64,000 bases of DNA from Geosiphon pyriformis uo1 (taxonomy: Eukaryota > Fungi > Glomeromycota), in NCBI GenBank assembly GCA_016748015.1, contig JAAOMT010000324.1, forward strand, positions 1 through 64,000, read 5' to 3'. Both the position numbers and the translations under genes were made by a program. Below, piece after piece: positions 12,601 through 24,175 of the stretch (positions are counted from its first letter, which is position 1; every line of letters starts with the position of its first letter). Under the pieces are notes generated by a model. That model made no database searches. It worked only from the letters and a program-made list of their open reading frames with translations, and was not told the origin of the DNA.

Positions 12601-14850
12601 GTAAAAATTGATGAGTTCAATCTTTCCTGATTCACAAATTGCAGCTTCTGCTTTAAACATTTGAGTCTGATTCTTTACTTTTCTTTCTATGGCTAACATG
12701 TACTGGTTATATGGCAGAATAGAAATCAATTGATAAGTGGAGATAATTTTTATCTTGTTAATAATCTCTTCCTCTGTTATATTAACTGGTACATTTATTC
12801 TATCTATGGATCCGAATTCACTAATCTCTCTAACTGTAATCCCTAATTCTTCCCTGTTTCTTACTGATACTAATTGAGCTATTTTAATCAGAAGCAAGAA
12901 TATTGCCTGTGTTATCTTTTTATTTGGCTCTATAATATAAGTCTTTTCTGAATTATTTTGTAGTATTGCAATAATATTTTCTACATATCCTACATTAATT
13001 ATTCTTCCTCTAATATTGATTCCTTTTTTTGCTAAACTACTCCTAAATGCTAATTGAACTATTGTTGTTGCTAGAATTTTCAGTGCTACCTTGAGATCAA
13101 TGCAGGTGTGTCAATATAGTTCCAATTTAATGGCTTTTTTTTTTCAGATATCTTAGATCAAACTTTGCATCCATATTATGGACATATTTGGGCATAATAT
13201 CTTTATTATTATCACTAAACTATTTAAGTTTTTGCTCTTTGGTGAGGTTAGGAAGTGTGATATATTGTTCTGAATTTGAATCGGAGTTTGAACCATTGTT
13301 ATTGTTATTGCTATTTTGAACAGAGCTGGAACTATTGTTTTTGTCATCATTATTGTCAGAGTTTGAATTAGGATGGAATATTGATTCTAATTCTGATGCA
13401 TAACTGCTGATTGGCTCTTCTTTCTCTGAGATTGTGTAGATTATGCACAGTGGTGGATTGTAAATAAGATCACACTCATTACAATATTGAAAGTTATATG
13501 GGATCAAACAGTAGTCACATAGTCAGGTGTTTATTTCTTCCAAGCATTGTTCTTGCTTTTTTCTTGTTGGTGCCAAATTCTGGTAATGCTTATAGAATTT
13601 CTCTGGACCTGTCTCTATATCTAAAAATGCAGCTGGATTGGAGATGAGTATGATGTTGACTGGTTCTAGAGGATTGTTTTTTATCTCCAGGATCTCATTA
13701 GACAAAGCACTTTTTACTTTGGCATTGGTTATTTGCCAGATCTTGTTTTTGTCATGTAGATAGCCATCTAAGCAAAAAATTACTCAGTGTCATAACTGAC
13801 CCAGTTACTTATAAGGATCATGTACTGACATGAAGCATCACATATTCTTCCTTGACCAGAAATGTCATTCTATATTCCCTCATTAAGTAATTGTTTGCCA
13901 CAAGTAAGACATGTCTTGTTGTTTCACTTGCCCTGTTTTTTTGAATAGCTATAATGTTTTTTATGGCATGGCTTGCAATAATAATGCATTCTGGTTTAGT
14001 AGTCTTTGTTAAGTGCTATTTATGCTTCCATAGAGAATAGTTTCTTGTTACAATCTTGATATTTGAGAAGAATATATGGTGGCTGTTCCAGTGGTTTGTG
14101 TGAATATAATTGTTCTCAGCCACTGGTTATTTTTTTTGTAGCTGTGATTTCTTCAAGTTTGTCTTCTTTTTTTCTTTTTCTCTTATTGTTTTAAGAAAGT
14201 ATTGATGATAGTTTGTTGTAATTGGTGTTTGCCCATAAGACTTGGTAGGCTTCTTAAGTAGGTTTGTTTTCTTTTTCTTCCAATTCTATGAGTGGTGTTG
14301 GTATAGTGTTTGTCCAAAAATGACTGCACATAACTGGTACACATGTGTGCTGACTGTTCTGACTGAATTGGAGCTTCTGCATGATCCAATTAAGTACTGC
14401 ATTGGTTTTGGACAACCAGTTATTGCCAACTAGTGCTTAATATTGGGTTGTTTCTATTACCAAGACTTTGATGAAAGCAATGATGTTATTAACTTTAAAT
14501 AGGAAGTCATTTATTTCACCAATAAGAGTTTTGGTCACTCCATTGGCTGTAATAATTCTGGCACTGGTAGTGCAATCAACTTGGCAACTTAATTGGTCAA
14601 TAAGTTGTCATGTGATAATGCTGCCTGCTGATCTACTATCAAGGATCAATTTGATGACCATCAACTTTGGTATTAGTATACATCATGGTGATAAGTTTCA
14701 CATCAAGAATGGCTCTATTAAAAAGAGGTGTTTTTGCTGGTTTCTCTATTTCAAAGAGGAAAATTGCTGCTAACAATTCATTATTGGTAATGGTTACTAA
14801 TAAGATATTACAAGTAAGTGACATTTAGATAGTTTCTTGATTGCTGATTT
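9700..14850 (-). pseudogene. pol: pol of element A (protease, Cys-rich spacer, dUTPase, RT, RNase H, integrase), disrupted
   Basis: Protease LILDSRSAGSII (DSG) at ~14620-14650. RT IHFCVNY*KLN, FGLMN and VYLNGTN (YLDD decayed) at 11750-12100. Integrase HSNPTAEHF and DYFTKWPE (ORF 10377-10574). Confidence 0.9.
12808..13200 (-). pseudogene. dut: dUTPase domain within pol of element A
   Basis: Manual translation: HNMDAKFDLRY...VQLAFRSSLAKKGINIRGRIINVGYVENI...NKKITQAIF...ITVREISEFGS. These are decayed motifs 1 (AGFDL), 2 (RSS), 3 (GIIDxGYxG), 4 (IAQ) and 5 (RGxxGFGS) of trimeric dUTPases. Confidence 0.9.
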
Positions 14851-15460
14851 GAATATTTTTTGGGGTTACAAGGAGGCTTAAATAGTTCTGAAAATTCAGG
14901 TTTTAGGTATACCCAGTTTCCAAATTTTGCTGGTATGATCCTGATTGTAAAGTTGATGAACTGGGGATTAGTTAATAGACTACTATTGCTGATCTCCAGT
15001 TTTGCTAAATAGTTTTTGGCCTTTGATTTCTAGTAAACACTATTACTAGAAGATTTTCACACTTTTTAATACAAAAATTACAACACATACAATAAAAATT
15101 AACATCAAAATCATGTAAAAAAGGCTTACATCATCGCATTTAATCAACAAAATCAGCTGGCAATTTGGAAATAAATGATCAGCAATCAATTCAATTACAA
15201 CAAAAAAATATAACACAATCCAACAGTTTAACTAAGTTGGATACAAAAAAATCTTGGCAAACTAAGAAACACCAATAGAAATAAATGATTGACACATGTA
15301 ATCAGATAACAACAGGTTTTGTTATGTTTTAAAATTCTTATATGCTCTTATTAAAACAATCTAACATTTCAGATCTGCAATCAATAGTTAAAAGTAATTA
15401 CCAAGAAATGTAATCAATTGATTTACTTCTGATTACATTGATTATAATCACAATTGGTAT

Positions 15461-16149
15461 TGTTATGGTTGAGACCTATACTTCTTATTAATTATTATAT
15501 GTATTAGCCACTAATGTCATATAATTAACCACACTATTTTTAGAAAGTGATCATTGACCTGATCAATGACCTAACCATTGATCTGACCATTGACCTGATC
15601 ATTGACCTGATCATTGACTACTTTTGACAGCTATATAAGTGATGAATCTCTTGGCTGTAGAAAAGCATGTAATAACAAGCATCTGAATAATCAAGAATAA
15701 ATAAAATAACAACTTTTATCTTAATCCTTCTCTTATCACTAATTTCTCTTTCCCTACCTTCAAGTATATGAACATCTTAAAGATAAAAGATTACTTGTTG
15801 GCCTTTTCCTAATGTATATAATTGTAGTATTTGAAGATTATTTAAATAAATGTAACTGAAAAGCACAAGTTGATACCTGATATTGAATTCTAAGAGTGCC
15901 GATGTAAGACATAGAATTATACCAGTGGTGATCAATTGTTGACAGTACGGACTATCCCTTTACCTTCAGATTCCTCAGTTACCTTTGAAAAAAATAGCAA
16001 CTGAGATATTTTATGAGACTGATCTTGCACATTGAATTCATACTCATTCAATTCACTCTTTAAAGTTGAATTCCTCTTTGATTATTTTCATCACCCTACA
16101 ATTTTGTTCTTTCTTGCTATCTGTTAGCTTGTTACTCCAACCCATAACA
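15461..16149 (+). repeat. 5' LTR of element C (689 bp)
   Basis: tgttatggttgag...ctccaacccataaca, with 12-bp tgacctgatcat units and tatataa at ~15632. Confidence 0.97.
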
Positions 16150-16155
16150 TAAAAG

Positions 16156-16172
16156 TGGTGCTTCCTGTAAGG
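16156..16172 (+). promoter_or_regulatory. Primer-binding site of element C (likely elongator tRNA-Met)
   Basis: TGGTGCTTCCTGTAAGG, 6 nt after the LTR, matching the PBS variants of elements A, E and F. Confidence 0.75.
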
Positions 16173-16201
16173 TTGTCAAAATCCACTTTGTTTCCTATTG
16201 T

Positions 16202-17739
16202 ATGAGTGATTATTCATACCTGCCACAACAATCAAAAGAACACTTTAAAGCACACAACAAAAACAATCTAGACTTTATTGAACTCAATCCTTTGCCCTCC
16301 TGCTTGATTTGCTTTTCCATTGAAAAACAATCCAGCAGACAATTCCAAGACTTTTGGAACTGGTTCTTGAACGAGCATTCAGGTAAAACCTACACAGCTT
16401 ATACAATCTATTACTTTGACCAAGCTTATTTTGAAGATGACTTTGAAGGAAGAAACAACAGTATCAATCAGCTTTTATATTCTGCAACTTTTGAATAACA
16501 GCCCTCTGATTTTGAATATCTGAATCATCAAATCCACATTTAGATTGCTGTCCATCAATCAACAGAAACTCCTCTTGAAACAGAAGAAGAAAGCTATTAA
16601 ACTGTTCCTGTTTTTGATCTCTTTTCAAGTAAATCAGAACACTCTACACAAACAGTTATACCTGAACCAATGGCTTAAGACCCTCTACAACAAAACATTT
16701 TGATTGCCCTCCAAGATATACAGACTGCTTTAAAGCAAAGAAACAACACCCCATTACCATTATTCAGAGGTGATGCCCAAGATCCAATTGAATAGTTGGA
16801 TGACTTTGAAAAAACTGCTACAGCCAACCAATATGATAATGAGTACAAGTTTAAATTGTTGGTGGCTACCTTTAAGGCTCCTCTGCTACATGGTTCTCAC
16901 AGAAAACTGATGCTAATGTTCATAAAAGAATCATTAGATGAATGCCAGCAAATACTGGAGAAAACAATACCTCTTTCACAATCTGGTTTGAAAACAAGTT
17001 CAGAACTCCAATTTTGATATTCAAGTGGTGCATGAAATTAAAAAAAAGAACCCAAAGCCTGGAAGAAGTGGTAACTGAATATGCCAAAGCAATCAGAAAA
17101 TTGATCAAGCATGTAGACTCTGGAAGGAACTGGACAGAAGAGCAAAAAATTTATTCTTTCATGAAAGGACTAAAAACTGATTTATTTTATGCTTTTTGGC
17201 CTCTCTTGGCTCTAAAAGATAACTCTACAATGAACATGGCTATTGAACTTACCCAAAGAATTAAAGACAACCAAAGAATGCACTTGGGATTCACACTTCC
17301 AGTTTTCACTCCTGCTCCTGTTATGGCTCCTGCTCTTCAAATGGCTGCTACTTTTTTTGCTGCCCAAACTTAAGATCCAAATGAACAATTGATAGATAGA
17401 CTTACAGCAAATTTTGCTTGGCTATTAGAACCATTAGCCCAAGCAGTCAGAGATAACCAGCAACTCCAAAGACCCAGATTTGAACCATGCTTTAATCAAT
17501 CTCAGCAACCATCTTATCAAAGACAACAAAATCATGGCCCATCTGTGTGCTATTGCTGTGGATTAACTGGACATTTTTCAAGAGATTGCAACAATTTTCC
17601 CTTATTCTCTCCAGCTCCCAGAAACAATGATAACCAAAACAACAGAACCATTAACAACAATGCCCCCAATTAAAGACCTAATCATGCCAATATCAATTTC
17701 TTTGGAGAGAATCCCCTAGTTGAAACCACTGTTTATTAG
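16202..17739 (+). pseudogene. gag: gag of element C with N-terminal extension and CCHC zinc knuckle
   Basis: Capsid-like FRGDAQDPIE*LDDFEKTATANQY and major-homology-like QSLEEVVTEYAKAIRKL. Knuckle CYCCGLTGHFSRDC at ~17548-17589. Confidence 0.9.
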
Positions 17740-17747
17740 TCTTTAAA

Positions 17748-20700
17748 TTGGTAGGCACACCTCCAAAGAGTGAGAGTGCAAGCCAACCAGAAAAAAACTC
17801 TTTTTACACTTTTAACTTAACTGATGATGACCATGACATGGATGAACTAGCAATTAACACCACAGAATCAACAAGGAAGAAGAAGAAAGCCAAGGTTGAT
17901 TTCATTTTGGATCCAAACAAACCATTCACATTAACTGCTAATAATAATGAGCCACCAAAGACTAAAGTTTTTAAAAATCCTCCAAAGCTAGAACTCCCAG
18001 AAATAGTACAAAAATCTGGATCTTATTCTGTTGTTAAAGATCTCATGGAAACCCCAGTACATATTACTTTTGGCCAGCTGATGACCCATCTACAGTTTAG
18101 AAAAAATCTTCGCAAATTTCTAATCCCCAAGAAAAAAATACCAAAAACCAACAAATGTTCTCGTCAAGCTGGACTTACTAACAACAGCAATATTACCCCA
18201 TTAATTTACAAAGCCCAAGTGGCTGGTTATTTCATCAACTTGATCCTAGACAGTAGATTATCCATAAGTGTCATTGCCAAATATTTCTTAAAAGCAATTG
18301 GCAGAAAAATTGATGAACCTTCCATCAGACTTATGACTAATGTACATGGTGATAAAAAGAAAGGTTTTGGTATTGCCAAAGCTATTCCTGTCTGCATCAA
18401 TGGCATCAGCATTGAAACTGACATGGAGGTTTCTGAAGCAAAGAAATACACCATTATTGTTGGCAATGAGTGGGTTAAGAAAACAAAAGCCTTATTCGAC
18501 TATGAACTATGTAAATTAACCATCAAATGTGATAAAAAGCCCATAGTGGTTAGATGCCGCCATTGAACAACTTCCCCAACAAACAAACAGGAACAAAAAG
18601 AAGAACATTCAGACAAATCAGATAATGAAGAGAGTGATGAAGAAGAAAAACAAGAGAAACAAGAAGAAACTGCTAAACTCACATACACTACTTTTACCAG
18701 CAATAGCAAGCCACTGAATAATGTCAAAGCTGACAAAAAAGAAATCATTGTGAATAACAAGCTGATTTGCTGGCCCTACTATGATATTCTTAGAAGAATC
18801 TTTGACCAAAAACCTGGCAAGAAAGCCAAGTACTGTTATTGGTGGCATGGTCCTTGTGCCTGGTACTGGTGCAACCAATCTTTGTATTCTCCAAGTGATG
18901 AATGCAAATTATGCCTGATCTATTACAAAGACTGGGAACCAATTAGTTTGATACCTAGAGAAGAATTGAAAAAAGTCCAAAAGTTCTTTGAAAATGAACC
19001 ACTTGAGATCTAATCACTAGTTGTAGAACAAAGAAAATCCTCTTCAGAAGAAAGAAAAATAGACATTGAAAATCTGCTGGCTAGAAACAGCCCAGTTATC
19101 TCAAAAGAAAGTGATACCCCTGGACGAACTCATGTGATACAACACACTATCACTACCAGAAAAACTCACTCCATCTATCTAAAGCCATATCAATCCAATT
19201 GCCATAATGATAAGTTCATCAAGAAAGAAATAAAATGAATAAAAGATCTTGGATTCATACAAGAAACCAAGAGTGAATGAACTTTCCCAGTTGTAGTAGT
19301 ATCCAAGAAAGGTAGAACTCTGTACTTCTGTGTCAATTATTGCCAATTAAATGCCATCACTGAAAGAGATATGTACCCACTTTCTAAAATTGATGCAATG
19401 CTAGATCAATTCAAGGATGCTGCTTTCTTCTCAACTATTGATCTAACTGCTGGATTTTGGCAAGTAGAGATAGATCCAGAAAGTCGGAAGAAAACCATCT
19501 TCCTAACCAAGTATGGCATCTATGAATTCACATTCATGCTTTTTGGTCTCACCAATGTTTCTTCCACTTTTTAATGCTTAATGAACAAAGTATTTGAATC
19601 AGTGAAAGAAAATTTTGTTCTGGTTTATTTGAATGACATAATGGTGTACTCAAAAACCTGGAATGAATATTTTGAACATTTGCAAAAGATTTTTGACCTC
19701 CTTAGAAATGCTGGCCTTAAGATAAATCCAATCAAATCTTTCTTTAAACAGCAATCAACCCAATTTTTTGGCCATCTTATTACAAAAAATGGAATTTTTT
19801 CTGACCCAACCAAGGTTAAAAAAGTCCAAAACATTAGACAACCAATGAATATTTATGAACTGCGCTCTTTTCTTGGTTTGGCTTCTTATTATTGGAAATT
19901 TGTCAAGGATTTTTCCAAAATTGCCTCTCCACTCAATCAGCTACTTAGAAAAAATATCAATTACCACTGGGGTATACATCAACAGAAAGCATTTAAAACC
20001 CTCAAAGAAAAATTGGTTACAGAATCTATTCTCAAGCAACCTAATCTGGATTAACCTTTTATCCTTCATACAGATGTATCTGGTTATGGACTTGGTGCTG
20101 TTCTGTCACAAAAAGATAAAAATGGCAGAGAATATACAATAGCATATGCCAGTAGAACTCTTACACCAGCAGAACAGAACTATTCAGTTACTAAGCAGGA
20201 ATGCTTAGCAGTAGTCTGGGCTATGAGTTACTGGGATAAGTATCTCTTGGGGGTAAAGTTTTTGGTGATAACAGATCACCAAGCTTTGGTTTGGTTACGC
20301 AACAAAAAGAAGCTAGAACATAAAAGAATAACTTGCTGGATACTCCACTTGGACAAATTCGACTATAACATTCAACATCACAAAGGAGCATATCATCAAA
20401 ACACCGACACTTTCTCTAGACTTACTATTCAGTGACAGTACAACTACCTTAAACCAAACCAACCTAATTATTAGTAATTCTCTTACAACCAAACATGATA
20501 ATGAACTTGGACAACTATTCTGCCTTAATAGAATTTTTGGGTAAAGGACAATACCCACTGGAATACAATTGACAGCAAAGAGAACATTTGTATGAACAAT
20601 CAAATTTCTATTTGATCCGTTAGAACCAACTATACAAAAGAAACAGAAAAAATCCTAACCACCCCTAGAAAGTTATAAGATTTGAAGAAAGAAAAATTGT

Positions 20701-21813
20701 GATTTATAACATGCACACTGATCCATTAGCTGAATATTTTGGAAAGACTAAAACAATTCAGAAAACTTTAGCTTGCTATTATTGGCCTATCTTGGAAAAT
20801 GACATTTCTGAATACATTAAAACCTGTGATACCTGCCAAAGAAGAGAAAAACCCAATAGAAAAGAAGATATCCATTCAATCTCTGTTGACCAACCATTTG
20901 ACAGAATTGGTATAGATGTTGTTGAACCCTTAACAATAACTCCTAATGGCAACAGATACATTATCACAGCTACTGACTATCTTACAAAGTGGGTAGAAGC
21001 AAGAGCCACTTCAGACCAAACAGCAGTCTTAATAGCCAATTTCATTTATGAAAATATTATCTGCTATTATGGCTGCCCCAGAGAACTTTTATCTGATAAA
21101 GGAAAAGCTTTTCTCAGTACACTGGTTGAAGAACTTTGTAGAAAAATGGGAATATGTTACAAACTTTCCTCCCCTTATCACCCCTAAACAAATGGCCTAG
21201 TAGAACATTTTAATAGAACACTATGTGAAACTCTAGCCAAAACAAGTGAAGAAACAAACTTATGGGACAAAGTACTGCCTTCAGCTTTGTTTGCTTATAG
21301 AACTGTAAATCATAACATTATAAGTTATAAACCTTTTTATCTGCTTTATAAACACATGGCAACACTATCAATAGAAACTAACATTGAGACAATACCCTTT
21401 GAAGAGATCACAATAGCAAATTACAAAAACATTTTGCAAAGAAGACTTGGTACTATTCTTGACTTATTGGTAGAAACATGAATAGTTGTTTTTGAAAAGA
21501 TAAAACAGTTTCAAAAAAAGCTTAAAAAGAAGAAAACCTATAAAACACTTTTTTTAAGTGTTGGTAACTTGGTATTAGAATACTGTTCAGACAGAGACAA
21601 TGTTTATGGTGATAAATTTTTTAGCTGGTGGAAAGGACTCTTTATAGTTAACAAAGTTTTGAACAATAGTTTTTATATTCTTCAAGATCAATCTGGAACA
21701 ATCTTTAATGATCAACCTGTTCATGGCACATGACTCAAAAAATATCACAAACGACCTGATTGGTTGCCTGTTATAGTAATACAGACTCAAATGATCAACA
21801 AAAATCAAGTATA
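17748..21813 (+). pseudogene. pol: pol of element C (PR, Cys/Trp-rich spacer, RT, RNase H, IN), disrupted
   Basis: Protease LILDSRLSISVI; RT YPLSKID, GFWQV and VYLNDIMVYS; RNase H LHTDVSGYGLGAVLSQ and ECLAVVWA; integrase HTDPLAEYFG..CDTC, DYLTKWVEA and LSDKG; GPY/F-like WKGLF. No chromodomain seen. Confidence 0.95.
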
Positions 21814-21855
21814 AATAAACACACTATTCCCAAAACAGAGGTATCTTCAATCAAC

Positions 21856-22512
21856 ATGAACAATTATTTTCTGGATCAAAACATTCAAAATGCCTTCTAT
21901 ACTCTCCATGAGTATTAGATTAAAAACTATCCAAATGTTACTTTGATCATTGGAAAACAAACCACCATAACTGACAACAATGGAACATATACTGTTATTA
22001 GACCAAAGAAAACAACTACCAGAAGAGAAAAAATTGGTGGCAAAATAGATAAATATCTGCTAGAAAGTATAACAGCAGCGATACTTATATCTTTTACCAC
22101 ACTTGGAAAAACAATTAAAAAAATCTTACCCATAGACAAAAACTTGTCATATAGAAGACAACTAGAGCTCTATGGTCGCTTTGGTGAAATCATAGATGAT
22201 ATGAAGCTCATGAAGAAAACAACTTCAGAGATACAGACAGAAATTTTGGGCATTATACGATTAGATGTTTCAAGAGTTTTAACTATTGCTAAAAAAGCCA
22301 AAACTCTAATACAAAGATTTGGTTTCTTGAATACAAAACTCATTTCGCCTCAAGTATTATACACTCTATCTACAAAAGACTTCAATAAATTAGTTAGCTT
22401 TGAGTTAGATAAAACTTTTCAAATAGATTACACTATAAATAACTTGATTTCACTGGAGCTTAATCTCTTTGGAGAGGATGATGTTACAGTTGAGACTTAT
22501 ACTTCTTATTAA
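21856..22512 (+). CDS. ORF3 of element C (unknown function, env position; one internal stop)
   Basis: The ATG at 21856 is in frame with the 189-aa ORF 21943-22512. The frame reads through the PPT and ends 31 nt inside the 3' LTR. Homologous remnants lie at 47663-47781 and 43390-43910. Confidence 0.7.
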
Positions 22513-23194
22513 TTATCATATGTATTAGCCACTGATGTCATATGATTAGCCACACTATTTTTAGAAAGTGATCATTGACCTGATTAATGACCTGACCGTT
22601 GACCTGACTGTTGACTTAATCATTAACCTGATCATTGACCTAATTATTGACCTGATCATTGACCACTTTTGACAGCTATATAAGTGATGAATCTCTTAGC
22701 TGTAAAAAAGCATGTAATAACAAGCATCTGAATAATTAAGAATAAATAAAATAACAACTTTTATCTCAATTCTTCTCTTATTGTTAATTTTCCTTTCACT
22801 ATCTTCAAGTATCTGAACATCTTAAAGATAAAAAATTACTTGTTGGTCTTTTTCTAATGTATATAATTGTAGCATTTGAAGATTATTTGAATAAATGTGA
22901 CTGAAAAGCACAAGTTGATACCTAATATTGAATTCTAAGAGCGCCAATATGAGGCATAGAATTATACCAGTAATGATCAATTATTGACAGTATGGACTAT
23001 CCCTCTACCTTCAAATTCCCCAGTTACCTTTGAAAAGAATAGCGATTGAGATATTTTATGAGACTGATTTTGCACATTGAATTCATACTTATTCAATTCA
23101 CTCTTTAAAGTTGAATTCCCCTTTAATCATTTCCATTACCCTACAATCCTGTTTTCCCTTGCTATCCGTTAGCTTATTACTCCAACCCATAACA
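22482..23194 (+). repeat. 3' LTR of element C (713 bp)
   Basis: Colinear with the 5' LTR and 24 bp longer (two extra 12-mers). PPT ggagaggatga lies immediately upstream. Confidence 0.97.
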
Positions 23195-24175
23195 GTATTA
23201 TTAATTGACAATTAATGTTCTAAATCCAGCCATCTAAATCTGATCATCTAAAAATCACTAGCTCTGAGAAAATAACATGCCGAGTAAAGCTTATCATGAA
23301 TTAATTAAATTAAAATATATAAATAATTGATGTATCTTAAATAGTTTTAATATAGTATATAGATCTAATGTAATTTAGCTATATATACAGTCTTTTTGTC
23401 AGCTCAGGAAAGCATCAGTTTAATACTAAGCCAACTTTTTGCTATAGTTTTATAGTGAGCAGTTAGTTTTTTCTTCTCTCTCTTACTCTTTTTCCTTTTC
23501 CTATGCTCTAAATACTTGTTACCACCATTTCAAGTATGTCTTTTTATATTTTTTATTGCCATTTGGAATCATGTTATTTATAATCTTTTACTTACTTGTT
23601 ATCATCATTTCAAGTTGTTTTATTACTTCCGATCTTTCAAATCATGTGTTATCACCATTTTACATTAAGTTTTGTTTTACTGAACAAGTTGTTAAAATAT
23701 TAAAATAAGTAATAAAGTATCATGTTGTTAGAGAGTAGTCTTAACAATAAAAAGTTTAAATCTATTTTAGTTATGTTTTATTCTTACAATCTTTTATAAT
23801 TCCTATAACTTCATTTTCAAAACAGGTATTTGAATACCACACCCTTTTGACAACTAATTGAAAGAATTCTGGTTACAATTTTCTTAAGTAGTTTTGGTTT
23901 CTCCTTGTTGCTGGTTGCATTTTTGATACATATAAAGAGATGTGACTTTTTTTTCTCCTTTAAAAATACCTAAGACTAGTTTTTGCCCAAAAACAAATAA
24001 TAATGACAATACTTTTTCTCACTTTTAATGACTTTATTATGTACTCTTTTTTGCTCTCCCATCTATTAAAATAGTCCATACACCCATAATATGCTATAGT
24101 CAATAGCATAATCATGGTAATATGTGTTACCAGTTGAGTTAAAAAATGTTTCCAAATACTAACAAAAACCACTAG

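Larger units (their letters stand above)
15461..23194 (+). mobile_element. Gypsy element C, structurally complete (7734 bp), coding regions disrupted
   Basis: LTRs at 15461-16149 and 22482-23194 (TG..CA). TSD GTAT at 15457-15460 and 23195-23198. PBS at 16156-16172, PPT at 22471-22481. Domain order gag-PR-RT-RH-IN. Confidence 0.97.
15046..24175. mobile_element. Unclassified ~1.4-kb non-coding insertion bounded by ACTAG (15045-15049 and 24171-24175), split by element C
   Basis: It interrupts the S/T-rich gag tail of element A, and removing it restores the frame ITNDGAV(TS)NSVY*KSKAKNYLAKLEI. Its own sequence is 15046-15460 plus 23199-24175. Confidence 0.7.

Noticed and set aside
12808-13200. 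dUTPase as a counter-defence against the observed C>T decay
   Set aside because: dUTPase prevents dUTP incorporation, not cytosine deamination in chromosomal DNA, and the dUTPase-bearing copies are visibly decayed as well.
15545-15625. Tandem arrays in LTRs as CRISPR-like arrays
   Set aside because: The units are short and adjacent, with no unique spacers and no cas genes. They are U3 repeats.
21600-21813. Chromodomain at the integrase C-terminus
   Set aside because: The integrase ends shortly after the GPY/F-like region, with no chromodomain pattern in C, A, B or D.
21856-22512. Calling ORF3 env
   Set aside because: It is too short and has no evident signal peptide, furin/fusion segment or C-terminal transmembrane helix.
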